Positions 13,843 to 30,470 of a DNA stretch of 64,000 nt are shown here, piece after piece. The notes below the pieces were generated by a model. That model made no database searches and had not been told where the DNA came from. It worked only from the letters and a program-made list of their open reading frames with translations. Source of the stretch: the human T2T-CHM13v2.0 reference genome, Homo sapiens; the NCBI RefSeq assembly GCF_009914755.1, contig NC_060925.1; one strand, written 5' to 3'. Each line of letters starts with the position of its first letter. Position 1 is the first letter of the stretch. A program made the position numbers and the translations under genes.

Positions 13843-14916
13843 AAGGAAAAAAGAGAAGATCCAAATAAACACAATCAGAAACAACAAAGGTAACATTACA
13901 ACTGATCTCACAGAAGTACAAAAGGTTCTCAGGCACTATTGTGAACACCTTTATTACACAAACTAGAAAATCTAGAAAAAATGGTTAAATTCCTGGAAAC
14001 ATACAACCTCCAAAGATTGAATAAGGAACAAATTGAAACCCTGAAAAGAGCAATATCGAGTTCTGAAATTGAATTAGTAATAAAAAATTCTTACTCATCA
14101 AAAAATGCCCCCGACCAGATGGATTCATAGTGGAACTCTACTAGATGTACAAAGTAGAGCAGGTACAAATTCTACCAAAACTATTTCAAAATATCAAGGA
14201 AGTGGCAATCTTCCCTCACTCTATGAAGCCAGCATCATTGCATCATTCTGATACCAAAACCTGGCAAAGATACAAGAAAAGAAGACTGCAGACCAATATC
14301 CCTGATGAACATAGGCACAAAAATCCTCAACAAAGTAATAGCAAATTAAATCCAGCAACGTATCAAAAAGTTAATTCACGTAATCAAATAGGCTTTATTC
14401 CTGGGATGCAAGGTTGGTTCAACATATGCAAATCAACAAATGTGATTCACCATATAAGTAGAATCAAAAACAAAAACCATATGATTATCTCAATAGACAC
14501 CCAAAAAAACTTTCAATAAAACCCAAACCCCTTTATGACAAAAATCCTCAACAAACTAGGCATCAAAAGAACATACCTCAAAATAATAAGAGTTATCTAT
14601 GACAAACCCATAGTCAATATCAGATGGAATGGGCAAAAGCTGGAAGAATTCCTTTTAAGAACAGGAACAAACCAAGGATGCCCATTCTCACTGCTTTTAT
14701 TCAACATAGTACTGTAAGTCCTAGCCAGAGCAATTAGAGAAGAAAAAGAAATAAAAGGGATCCAATAGGAAAAAAAGAAGTAAAATTTTCTGTCTTTACT
14801 GAACATATAATCTACTCCTAGAAAACATTAAAGACTCCACCAAAAGGCTCATGGAACTGATAAACCACTTCAGTAAAGTTTCAGGTTATAAAATCATATG
14901 TACAAAAATCAGTAGT

Positions 14917-15051
14917 GGCTGGGCATGGTGGCTCACACCTGTATTCCCAGAAATTTGGAAGGCTGAGGTGGGAGGATGGCATAAGCCCAGGAGTTCAAAG
15001 ACTAGCCTGGGCAAAATAGCAAGACCCCAACTCCACCCCTCAGCTCCCCCA
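14917..15051 (+). mobile_element. FLAM_C-like Alu monomer with C-rich tail
   Basis: Left-arm monomer ending CAAGACCCCAACTC; degenerate TSD AAATCAGTAG / AGATCTGTAG. Confidence 0.85.
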
Positions 15052-16212
15052 GATCTGTAGCATTTTTATAGACCAATAATGCTCAAGCTGAGAGCCAAAT
15101 CAAGAACACAATCCATTTACAATAGACACACATACAAAAATAAAATACCTATAAATACATCTAACCAAGAAGGTGAAAGATCTCTATGAGAAGACTACAA
15201 AACACTGCTGAAAGAAATCACAGATGACACAAACGAATGGAAAAACATTCCATGCTCATGGATTGGAAGAATCAATATTATTAAAATGACCCTGCTGCTT
15301 AAAGCATTCTACAGAGTCAATGCTATCCCTATCAAACTACTGGCATTTTACTGTCATTTTTACTATCAATTAGAAAAAAATTCTAAAAGTCATCTGGAAC
15401 CAAACAAGAGCCCAAATAGCCAAAACAATCCTAAGCTAAATGAACAAAGCAGTAGGCATCACATTACCCAACTGTGAATTATACTATAAAGCTAAGGTAA
15501 CCAAAACAGCATAACACTGGTACAAATGCAGACACATAGACTAATGGAACAGAAGAATCAAGAACCCAGAAATAAAGCTGCACACCTACAGCCATCTAAT
15601 CTTCAACAAGTTGACAAAAATCAGCAATGGGGAAAGGATTCCCTATTCAATAAATGGTGCTGGGATAGCTAGCTAGCCATATGCAGAAGAATGAAACTAG
15701 ACACCTACATTTCACCATATATAAAAATTAACTCAAGATAGATTAAAGATTTAAGTGTAAGACCTCAAACTATAAGAATCCTAGAAAATATCATTCTGGA
15801 CATCAGCCTTAAGAAAAAATTTGAGTAAGTCTTCAAAAGCAATTGCAACAAAAACAAAAATTGCCAAGTGGAACCTAATTAAACTAAAGAGCTTCTGCAC
15901 AACAAAAGAAACTGTCAGCATATTAAACAGCAGCCTACAGAATGGAAGAAAATATTCACAAACTGTGCGATTCACAAAGGTTTAATATACAGAATCTATA
16001 AGAAACCTAAACAATTCAATGAATCAAAAACAAATAGACCCATTAAAAAGTGGACAAAAGACATGAACAGACATTGCTCAAAAGAAGACATACACACAGA
16101 CAACAAACATATGAAAAAATGCTAAATACTAATCATTAGAGAAATGCAAATCAAAACCACAATTAGATACCATCTCACACCTGTTGGAATAGCTATTAAT
16201 AAACAGTCAAAG

Positions 16213-16580
<368 letters not shown>

Positions 16581-16690
16581 TCAGCCACTGTGGAAAAGTT
16601 TGGAAATTTCTCAAAGAACATAAAACAGAACTACTATTTGACCCTGCAATACCATTACTGGGTATATAGCTAAAGGAAAACAAACTATTC

Positions 16691-17736
16691 CTTTAAAAAA
16701 TAATTAAGAGAGTATTATTTTCTTTTTCTTTTTTAACTTTTGTTTTAGATTCAGGGGTACATGTGCATGTTTGTTGTACAGGTAAACTCATGTCATGAAG
16801 GTTTTTTGCACAGATTATTTAATCACTCAGGTAGTAAGCCTACTACCCAATAGTTGTTTTTTCTGCTCCTCTCCCTCTTCCCAACTTCCACCCTCCAGTA
16901 GGCCCCACTGTTGGTTGTTTTCCTCTTTGTGTCCATGTGTTCTCATCAGTTAGCTCCCACTTTATAAGTGAGAATATCGGTATTTGGTTTTCTGTTCCTG
17001 CATTAGTTTGCTAAGGATGATGGCCATCATCTCCACTCATGTTCCTGCAAAGGACATGATCTCATTCTTTTTTATGGCTGTGTAGTAGTCCAATGTATTT
17101 GTACAACATTTTCTTTATCCAGTCTACCACTGATGGGCATTTAGGTTGATTGTATGTCTTCCTATTGTGAATGGTGCTGTGATAAACATACAGGTGTATA
17201 TGTCTTTGTGGTAGAATGATTTACATTCCTTTGGGTATATACTCAGTAATGGGACTGTTGGGCCTAATGATAGTTCTGTTTTCAGGTCTTTGAGGAATCA
17301 CCACACTGCTTTCCACAATGGTTGAACTAATTTACTCTCCCACCAGCAGTGTATAAGTGTTCCCTTTTCTCTGCAACCTTGCCAGCATCAGTTATTTTTG
17401 ACTTTTTTATCAATAGCCATTCTGCCTGCTGTGAGATGATGTCTCATTGTGGTTTTGATTTGTGTTTCTCTAATAATCAGTGATATTGAGTTTTTTTCAT
17501 ATGCTTGTCGGCTGCATGTATGTCTTCTTTTGAAAAGTGTCTGTTCATGTCCTTTGCCCACTTTTTAATGTGGTGGTTTGTTTTTTTTCTTGTAAATTTG
17601 AATTTTTTATAAATTCTGAACCTTTGTCAGATGCAAACATTGTAAATACTCTCTCCCATTCTGTAGATTGTCTATTTACCCTGTCAGTAGCTTCTTTTGT
17701 GGTGCAGAAGCTCTTAAGTTTAATTAGATCTCATTT
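16691..17736 (-). mobile_element. 5'-truncated L1PA13/14-like element nested antisense in an L1
   Basis: T-rich tail then L1PA 3' UTR; TSD GAAAACAAA(C/T)TATTC at 16676-16690 and 17737-17751. Confidence 0.9.
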
Positions 17737-20700
17737 GAAAACAAATTATTCTACCAAAAAGACATATGCACTTGGATGTTCATTGCAGCACTGTTCACAA
17801 TAGCAAAGATAATGGAATTAACATAGGTGCCCATAAATGCTAGACTGGATAAAGAAAATGTGGCACATATGCACCATGAAATACTATGTAGCCATAAGGA
17901 AGAATGAAAACATCTGCACTGCAGCAACCTGGATACATTATTAGGAGGTCATTATCCTACGTTAATTAACATAAGAACAGAAAACCAAAAGCTGTATGTT
18001 CTTACTTTTAAGTGGGAGCTAAGCACAGGGTACACAGATGGGAACAACAGACACTGAGGACAGCAAGAGGAGAGAGAAGGGGAGGAGGGAAAGGGCTGAA
18101 AAACTACATAATGGGTTCTGTGCTCACTACTTGGGTGAGGGGATCATTCAGACTCCAAACCTCAGCATGAGGCAATGTACCCTTGTAACAAACCTGCACG
18201 TGTACTCCTTGAATCTGAAATAAAAGTTGAAATGTTTAAAAAGTTATCAACATGTAAACTTACAAACAGTGAATTTCACTGTGTAAAAATTATATCAGTA
18301 AATGTGACTTTAAAATATCTTTGAGAAACAACTAAATTTTACTGACTCATAATGACAAATTTTATATAAGGTACTCTTTGAAAGAATGTACAGAATTATG
18401 CCTGATCTTTCTTAACACTTTATCTTCTATTTAATTTGTATTTTCACTCCCTTGAACACTTGCCAACAACCCCAGAACAGAGATTATCAAATTTGTAGGA
18501 GGTCAATGAATCTTTGGAAATTAAGGGCAAATTTTGTGGTGTATACAAATGGGTCCTCATATGAGAAGAAGCTTTGTAACTTTGAGTTTTCAAAGGTGGT
18601 CCCAAAAGTTACCAATATGTAATGCTTCATTAAATCCAGGGGTAAGAGTTTCCACTGTTGTGTGATACCAACTGTGGAAGATTCTGTCCTGTGGCAGCCT
18701 GGGGCCTTGCCACCCCCAGACTCCAATGCTGGCACCAAATAAAAAGTTTTATGAGAGATAGGCCTAATCTTGGCTGACACATGAGTAGTCTCCTGTGGGA
18801 ATTCTAGGAGACTTTTGTTTTTGATAAGGTATGTGGAGAAATCTTTGACTGTATATTTCTGCTTTTGTGTATAGTTGTTCAAGGGGTTATTATTATTATT
18901 AGAGATTCGGCAGCAATCTTGTAACCAACGTAGAAAGATCCAAAGAATTTCTGAGAAGACATCTCAGAGCACTGATATGGTTGAACTGCTGAAGAAAACT
19001 TGCAACTGCCTACCTAACCCTTAAGGGTAATTACCTGGATCCTTTCTACCCCATTTTTATGAATGAGAAAGGGAAGTTTGGTAAAGGGAGCACAGAAGCG
19101 GCAATCTTTTCCAGACATCTCCGCCCCTCAACCTGGGATAGCATGGTCTGAAGAGACAGCAGACTCGACAGCTCTCAACAATTGATAATCTTAGAATATG
19201 CTGATAAAGGTGGGGGAAATTAGACAATTAATTATAATAAGTTTCATGAATCATTGTTTAAAAATTTTGTACTTTAATCTTTGTTTAAATTGACCTGAAA
19301 ACCTGAAGGACATCATTAAAAGTTGAGTGTTAAACAACAAGGGAGTGTGGATTTGTTTAGACTTACCTGGTTTTAATGAGAAAATGACCCAATGATAATG
19401 TATATGTAATTAAGATTTCATTTGCTTCCCTATACACCGTGAGAGTTAATAAATATAATCCTCTATGGGCAATTTCTTTAAATCACAAGAATATTGGTCC
19501 CTGAGGGAGTGTGAGTGATCGAGCAGTTCCAGGTAAGGACATTTCCTTCTTTGAAAAGTCTATTACTCTTATTTCAAATGGATACATACCATCCACTTAG
19601 ACATGTGGCAGCAGGCCAGATAATTCCTCTGATACTCATGCCAGATGGCAGTGAAGTCACCAGATTCACTCAGCACTGGTCTCCAGTTCCCCAGGACATG
19701 CATCACTCACTACAGCCAATAACTTGGTGGATGAATAGAGCAGAATGTGGCTATCAGGTTTTCTTGTTTTGTGGGGCAAACCACATCCAAACCGTAGTAC
19801 TCATAAAAGTTAAAGAGGCAGGGCAGGCGCACTTCCAGAAGCTCAGCACAATCTTGTTTGTGTCCATAGTATGTCACACAGTACCTGCCAAACAGCAAGT
19901 ATTAATACAAAATAAATAAACATTGTGTACTTAATGAACCAAGCTCACTAAGAAAGAGCAATGCTTTACAGTAGTGACCACCCCCAGATTCTTAAAATAA
20001 ACACATTTATTGGTGAGTTGAAGAAACTCTCTAAAGTTTCTTTAAACGTTTCTGGGCTTATTTTTTTCTAGAATAATGAGAGGTCTAGAAATAAGAAGTC
20101 CAGAAGTGATACCATATATCAAAGATGGCACAAAGCCCCAGGCTCCTTTGTTTCTTTCTGATCCACTAAACTTAGCCTGAGGTTGTTCTCCTAGTTGAGA
20201 GATGACATAGGGGATGTCTAAGCTATTTTAAATTTTATTTTATTTTTTTAGATTTCCTGAGTATTTCTTCCTTGTTAATTATGATTATCTAACCTATTTT
20301 AGAAGGAGAAACTATTCGGATGGCCTTCTGGTTCTCATAAGATTTTACTCTTTTAAAAGTCTAGTTAATATAAAACTTAATTCTTGCTTACCTTGGCCTC
20401 TTTTTGTATAATTTTGGCCTCATTTTATATGACATCAGCATTACAGCAGTTCCATTTCAAGCCCATAAATATTTGTTTCCTCTGCTTCATTAATATTTTT
20501 CTCATAGTGACCCCAGAGGGAGGAAAGTAACTATAAAAGAAAAAAGGAAAGGAAAGAAGGAAGAAAATAGCTATCAAGGGGTCAGAATAAAATAGCTATG
20601 AAGGTGTTGTTATTGAGGCCTGTATAACATTCTAAGAAGACCATATGTATTAAGGAGTTAAACTGACTAGCTAATGACTTCTAGAATAGCCTCTGGTTAA

Positions 20701-21499
20701 AATAGCAAATCTGAGCCTTGCGTTTGAGCTGTGGCAGGAGGGATAAGTTTCTGCAACAATTACCCTACTCCCCAAGATGTTGATTGATGTTTATCAACAT
20801 TTTCCTTTGGTTTAATCTCCCTGCCACTGACTTTTAGACTACAAAATGTGGTTCCCTGTTTTTTTTTTTTAAAAAAAAAACCTTGACGATATAAGGTTTA
20901 TTTCATGGATTCAAAGGAAAAAGCTCACAAAAACTAGGCAAGGAAGCTTTGATAATAAGATTGCTTTAGTGATATATAGCCAACTACATAAATCTCTCAT
21001 TTTCAAGATGACAGCTTTTTGCCACAACCAGAACATCTGCTTTTGGCAGCTATCCTTGGTACTGATCGTCCTCTGCCTTCAATTCTCTTTGATCCAGTAG
21101 TTCAAACTTCCATCCTTGGGCCTGCCCTAGTCATACTGTGAATATAGTATTGAATTCAATTTTTTAAAAAGTATTATCTTCTGATTATAAGCATACAAGA
21201 AGCAAATTACCCATAAACCCATTATCTCCAAGCAAGTATAAATAAGACGTAGGTTCATAACTCTCTAGTCTTTTTTAAATACATATTTTCAAATATTTGA
21301 GATCATGCGGAATATGCAATGCAATTTTGTACATTTCTCTTTTTCATAGTGGTACATGCATTATTCATATTAGATACTCTTTGAATACACTTTTGAAGTA
21401 GATGCGTAACATATCCTGTTCCATAATTGACCTAAAAATGCTTATGTAATTGAATAGTCTTTTTATTTTAAATATTTATAACAAGATAGTAAATTGTCT

Positions 21500-22655
21500 T
21501 CTGATAATTTTTTCAATATTCAACATTCAAAATGATTTCTTTAAGAAAAAATGCTGAAAATGCATTCCATGTAGTCACTTGCTAAAGGAAATGACAAATC
21601 TAAACTTGACGAAAATTTGATAAATTACATAATTCACTCTGAGTTTAGAAAGAAAACAAACAGAAAGCTCAAGAAAACAACACTATTCTAGTGTTAAAGA
21701 ATAGATAAACTTTTTCCTGAAGCTCCTCAAAAAGAGACTAAAAATTAACATAACAAACCATGCTCTTGATAACATCATTATAGCAAACAGTGATATATTT
21801 CAAAGGGTTATTATTTCTGAGAGGTCAATGACACCACACTAAAACCAATAGAAGGATGGCAGAAGATTCAATATAATATCTTCTTGATAAACAATGCTTT
21901 ACTGGTATGTTTCAATACAGGGTAAATTTTGAAACATCTAGAGGAATGATAGACATTGTGCTAGTTTCTATTAATGTATTTCCTTCAGAAAATAAAAGAA
22001 AATGAAAGGGCAATCTTGTTCATAAATATAGATGCAAACACATCTTTTAAAAATATTAGCAAACAAAATCTAGTAATATAAAAGAGGATATTAGGTCACA
22101 ATCACAAAAAAAGTTTATTAGGTCACAATCAAGTTGCATTATTTCATTAACATTAGAAAATCAATAAATTTATCACATTAACAGTTTAAAGGAGAAAAAC
22201 TATGTGAATATCTCAATAGATGTAGAAAAAGCATTTGCCAAAATTCAAACCGCATTTATAATGACAACTTTTAGCAAATTTTAAAAAAAGAAAAGAATTT
22301 TCTTACTCTGCAAAATGTAGCCTCAAATATCTACTGCAATCATCTTTAGTGGCAAAATATTAAAATTTCTCCCTTTGATATTTAAAGCACAACAGATAAG
22401 TACTAACATCAGTATTTTCTATATTGTAACAGAAGTCCTAGCCATCACAAAGAGATAAAATATACATTTGGAAAATGAAATATATATCATTATTCATCAA
22501 TGACATGATTATGTAGAACATCCAAAATAATCTACAGATAAATTATTAGAATTAAAAATGAGCTTATCAAGATTTCTGGATACAGACAACATACAAAATC
22601 AACTGTGATTTTATATACTAGTATCAAACAAAAAATGACTTTGAAATAGCATAAA
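21500..22655 (+). mobile_element. Highly decayed old L1 ORF2 fragment
   Basis: RT-region remnants (ATAGATGCAAAC, ATCTCAATAGATGTAGAAAAAGCATTTG, GACATGATT). Confidence 0.7.
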
Positions 22656-23663
22656 ATGACTTCTGGTTCCAACATGATGCAGAAACAAGCTGGCTTTACT
22701 TTCCTCCTGCCCCCTAGAAAACTAAAAACAAAGATACACTGCTGAGATTACAATCCGCAGTATCTCAGAACTCAAATATGAAGATGAGACCATTCCCAGG
22801 GCAATAGAGAAGTGAAAAAACTTTAAGCAGACAATAAGAGAACAAGACTTCCATATTCATGACACCCCTCTCCCCAATCTGCTTGACACCAAGTTTACCA
22901 AAAACTTTACTCCAACTCACCGTTTTTTCACAAATACGTGAGTTTGAGGTGAACAACCAGACTCCCCATCATCAAGTTTCCTTGGCAAGAAACCTTTTTC
23001 CTGCCTCCACCTACAGGAAGCATCAGGAGTGCCTAAAGGGAGAAATCTCCCTGAGGACAGCCAGAGACAAATGGAAGAGACAGGACTACCTTAGGCCTAA
23101 AAACTCTGATCTGTAACTCGGTCAAACTAGATGTCAAAGAAGAGTGGATAGTCAGCAGCAGCATGCTATAGGTTTGTTTCACAGGTCCCCTGGGCACGAA
23201 CCCCTAGACAACCTTCCCACACTGCCAGGATGTCCCCTTTGGGACCTCCCTCATTCTGGACAAGCAGTGTTCCATTTATTAGAGCTGAGGTAAGCCTGGG
23301 CTTAAAGTCCCATGCAGTGCCAAAAAGGAGGCAGTGACCTAGGAGGCAAAAAGAAAGATATCCAACAAGGAAATTACAAGGAAACTCTAAGAAAACATGT
23401 TCAATAAAAACAAAAACAAACCAGATAAAGAAGAATAAATTAGATTAGAATAAATAACTAATCATTCAATGCAAAGACATAGATGTACATTCACAAGAAA
23501 CAGCTGCAAACAGGGAACCATGGTCTCCCCAGACTGACAAAGCAAGGAACAAATGAGACAGTGATATCTGAGCTCTCTGACCAATAATCCAAAATAGTAA
23601 TTTAAAGCCAACTCAGTTATCTCCAAGATAACACAGGAAAGCAGTTCAAAAATTTATCAGAAA

Positions 23664-23958
23664 GGCCAGGCGTGGTGCCTCACACCTGTAATCCCAGCAC
23701 TTTGGGAGGCTGAGGAGGGTGGATCACAAGGTCAGGAGTTTGAGACCAGCCTGGCCAAGATGGTGAAACCCCGTCTCTACTGAAAATACAAAAATTAGCC
23801 AGGCACAGTGGCAGGTGCCTGAAATCTCAGATACTCAGGAGGCAGAAGAAAAGAATCACTTGAACCTGGGAGGCAGAGTTTGCAGTGAGCCAAGATTGCA
23901 CCACTGCACTCCAGCCTGGATGACAGAAAGAGACTCTGTCTCAAAAAAACAAAAAAAA
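23664..23958 (+). mobile_element. AluSg-like element
   Basis: Full dimer; TSD AAAAATTTATCAGAAA / AAAAAATTATCAGAGA. Confidence 0.93.
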
Positions 23959-24632
23959 ATTATCAGAGAAATTTAACAAAACTTGAAACAATAATACATA
24001 AATCAAACAGAAATACTGGGACTGAGAAATACATTTGCTGGACTAGAAAAAACACCAGAAGCTCTCAACAGCAGAATGGATCAAGCAAAAGAAAGGATCT
24101 GTGAGCTTAAAAACAGGCTATTTGAAAATACACAGAGGAGAAAAAGAAAAAAGAATAAAAAGGACCAAAGGTCACCTATAAAATATAGAAAACTACCACA
24201 AAACACTATATATAAGAATTATTGGTGTTCAAAAGAGAGTTGAGCAAAAACAAAGGATAAAAATCTTATTGAAAGAAATAATGACAGAAAAAAATTTCAA
24301 AATTTGAGAAAGATATAAATATCCAGGTACAGAAAAGCCAGAGAATACAAAACAGATTTGACCCAAATAAGACTATCCCAAGGCATATAATAATAAAACT
24401 CTCAAAGGGAAAGGACTAAGAGAGGATCCTTAAGTCAGCAAGAGAATATAAGCAAATAGCATATAAAGGAGCTCCAATTTTTCAGGCCGCAGACTCTTCA
24501 ATGGAAACAATACAGGCCGTAAGGGAATTGAATGGCATTTTCAAAGTGCTGAAAGCGGGGGAAAAACCCTTCTTTTTAAGAATACTGTACCCAGCAAAGC
24601 TAGTCTTCAAATATGAAGAAGAGATAGTCTTT

Positions 24633-26226
24633 GTTTCCCAACTTTTATTTTAGGTTCAAGAGGCACATGTGCAGGTTTGTTACATTGGTAAGTTGCATGT
24701 CATAAGGATTTGGTGTACAGATAATTTTGTCACTCGGATAATCAGCATAATACCATATGTGTAGGTTGTCTATCTTCACCTTCCTCCCAGCCTCCACCCT
24801 CAAGTAGGCCTGAGTGTCTTTCGTTCCCTCCTTTATGTCCATGTCTGCTCAATGTTGAGCTTCCACTAATAAGTGAGAATATGTAGTATTTGGTTTTCTG
24901 TTTCTGTGGTAATTTGCTTAGGATAATGGCCTCTAGCTCCATCCATGTTGCTGCAGAAGATATAATCTTATTTTTTATAGCTGCATAGTATTCCATGGTA
25001 TATATGTACTATATTTTCTTTATCCAGTCCACTATTGGTGGTCATATAGCTTGACTCTATGTCTTTGCTATTGTGAATAGTGCTGCGATGAACATACAAG
25101 TGCATGTTTTTTTTTTTTTTTCTGTATAATGATTTGTTTTCCTTTATGTATGTAACCAGTAATGGAAATGCTGGGTCAAATGGTAGTTCTGTTTTAAATT
25201 CTTTGAGAAATCTCCAAACTGCTTTCCACAGTAGCTGAACTAATTTACATTTCTGCCAGCAGTGTATAAGCATTCCCTTTTCTCTACAACATCATCAGCA
25301 TCTGTTATTTTTTGACTTTTTAATAATATCCATTCTGACTGGTGTGAGGTGGTATCACATTGTGGTTTTGATTTGCATTTCTCTAATGATTAGTGACATT
25401 GAGCCTTTTTTTCATATGCTTGTTGGCCATGTATATGTCATTTTCTGAGAAGTGTCTGTTCGTGTCCTTTGCCAATTTTTTAATGTGGTTCTTTGTTTTG
25501 TACTTGTTGATTTGTTTGAGTTCCCTGTAGATTCTGTATATCAGACCTTTGTTGGATGCATAGTTTGCAAGTATTTTCTCCCATTCTGTAGATTGTCCAT
25601 TTACTCTGTTGATAGTTTCTTTTGCTGTGCAGAAGCTCTTTGCCTCCATTTATCAATTTTTGTTTTTGTTGCACTTGCTTTCAGAGTCTTCATCATGAAG
25701 TCCTTGCCTGGGCCAATGTCCAGAATAGTATTTTCTAGATTTTAGGAAGAATCAGTATTGTTAAAATGGCCTTACTGCCCAAGGCTATTTGCAGATTCAA
25801 TGTTATTTCTATCAAACTACCAATGACATTTTTCACAGGATTAGAAAAAAAATTCTAAAATTCATTTGGAACAAAAAAAACCCCAGCCTGAATAGCCAAA
25901 GCAATCCTAAGCAAAAAGAACAAAGCTGGAGGCATCATACTACCTGACTTCAAACTGTACTACAAGGCTACAGTAACTAAAACAGCGTGGTACCAGTACA
26001 AAAACAGGCACAGAGACCTATGGAATAAGACTATCTGATCTTCAACAAAGCCCACAAAAACAAGTAATGTAGAAAGAACCCCTTATTCAATAAATGGTGC
26101 TGGAATAACTGGCTGGCCATGTGTAGAAGATTGAAACCAGACCCCTTCCTTTCACCACATACAGCAGTCAACTCAAGATGGATTAAAGACTTCAATGTAA
26201 AACCTAAAACTATAAAAAATACCAGG
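24633..26226 (-). mobile_element. L1PA16-like element with 5' inversion (twin priming)
   Basis: Minus 3' part 24633-25744, plus-oriented ORF2 part 25745-26226; degenerate TSD AGAGATAGTCTTT / GGAAATAAAGTCTTT; host ORF1 resumes afterwards. Confidence 0.85.
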
Positions 26227-27817
26227 AAATAAAGTCTTTACCAGACAAACAAAACCTGAGGGAATTCACCACCACCAGACCTGTCTTACAAGAAGTGCTA
26301 AAGGGAGTTCTTTAGTCTGAAAGAAAAAACACTAACATGCAAAAGAAAAACATTTGAAGGCATAAAACCCACTGGTAAAATTAAGTAGAGGTAAACCTAG
26401 AATAACCTACTATTGTGATTTTGGTGTGTATTCCACCAATAACTCCAGGATGAAGCCTAAAAAAAACAAATTTATTAAAGACAATAATAGCTACAACAAC
26501 CTGTCAAGGGATAGGCAATATAATAATATGTAAATCGAGACAATAAAATGTGAGAATGTTGGGTTGGTGAAGTTAAAATGTAGAGGGTTTTTTTTTTCAT
26601 TTTTTCTTCGTTTCTATTCTTTTCTTTGTGATCTAAGATAAGTTGTTATCTCTTTAAAATAACTTGTTATATCTATAAGATGTTTGTTTGTAAGCCTCAT
26701 GGTAACCACAATGCCAAAACGTATAATAGCTCCACTAAAAAAGTAATAAATTAAAACATACATCAGTGAAAAATACTTATCCACCTAGAGAGACATTAAG
26801 AAAGGAAGAAGGAAACAGAGGAGTTACAATACAACCAGAAAACAAACAAAATTGCAGAAATAAGTTTTTACTTAATAATAACACTGAAGTTAAATGAACT
26901 CAGTTCTCCTATTAAAAGGCACAGAGTGGGCGAATGGATAAAGAAACAAGACCCAAGTATGTATTACCTGTAAGAAACCCACTTCACTTGTAAAGACATC
27001 ATAGACTGAAAGTGAAGAGAAAAAGTTATTCCTTGCAAGTGGAAACCAAAAAAAAAAAAAAAAAAAAACAGGAGTAGCTATACTTAGATAGAACAGACTG
27101 CAAGTTAAACACTATAAAATGAGACAAAGAAGGTCACTATATAAAGATAAATGGGTCAATTCCGCAAGAGGATATAACAACTATAACTATCAAGGCACCC
27201 CACACCAGAGCACCCAAGTATATAAAACAAACATTAACAAATCTAAAGGGGGAGATAGACTGCAATACAGTAATAATAGGGAACTTTAACACTCCACTCT
27301 CAGCAATGAACAGATCATCTGGACAAAAAAATCAGCAAAAAAATCAGAGTTAAACTGTACACTAGAACAAATTGGTCTAACTGACATTTACAGAACATAT
27401 CACCCAACTATTCCAGAACACACATTTTTTTCATTAGCTTGTGGAACATCTCCAGAATAGATCATATCTTAGGCCAAAAAACAAGTCTCAAAAAATTCAA
27501 AAAGGTAGAAATCATATCAAGTATATTTTCTGACTTCAACTGAATAATGCTAGAAAATCAATAACAAGAGGAGCCTCAGAAGCCACACAAACACATGGAA
27601 ATTAAACAACATGCTCCTGAATAATCAATGGGTCATGAAGAAATTAAGAAGGAAATAAAACATTTTTTGAATCAAATGAAAATGGGACTACAACATACCA
27701 AAATCTATGAGATACAGCAAAGCAGTATTATGAAGACAGTTTATAGCAATAAATATGTATATTTAAAAAGTAGAACAACCTCAAATAAATAACCTAATGA
27801 TGCACTTCACGGAACTA

Positions 27818-29844
<2,027 letters not shown>

Positions 29845-30470
29845 CAAAAGATAACCAAAATGAAAAATTGGTTTTTTGAAAGGATAAACAAAACTGACAG
29901 ACCTTTACCTAGACTAAGAGAAAAAGAAGATGCAAATAAATGAAATTAGAAACAAAAAAGGAGACATAACAACTGATACCACAGAAATACAGGAATCATT
30001 AGAGACTATTATGAACAACTATACACCAATAGATTGGGAAACCTAGAGGAAATGGACAAATTCTTGGACACATACCTACCATGATTGAACCATGAAGAAA
30101 TAGAAAACTTCAACAAACCAATAAGAAGTTATGAAATCAAAGCTGTAATAAAACAGCTCCCATCAAAGATTGAACCATGAAGAAATAGAAAACCTCAACA
30201 ATATGGAGTAATGAAATCAAAACTGTAATAAAACGTCTTCCATCAAAGAAAAGCTTAGGATCTGATGGCTTCACTGCTAAATTCTAGCAAACATTTAAAT
30301 AAAAACTAATACCAATTCTACTGAAAGACTTCAAAAAAATTAAAGAGGAAAAAATACTTCCAAACTCATTCTACGAGGCCAGCATTATCCTAATACCAAA
30401 ACCAGTCACAGACGCAACAACAAAAAAAAGACTATAGGCCAATATCACTTATCACCAATATCACCAATAT

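Noticed and set aside
19361-19370. ACTTACCTGG as a U1 snRNA 5' end
   Set aside because: The match stops after 10 nt; it is better read as the complement of a splice donor.
18487-19919. 131-aa and 134-aa ORFs in the unique island
   Set aside because: Non-ATG starts, no recognisable protein family, no supporting coding exon structure.
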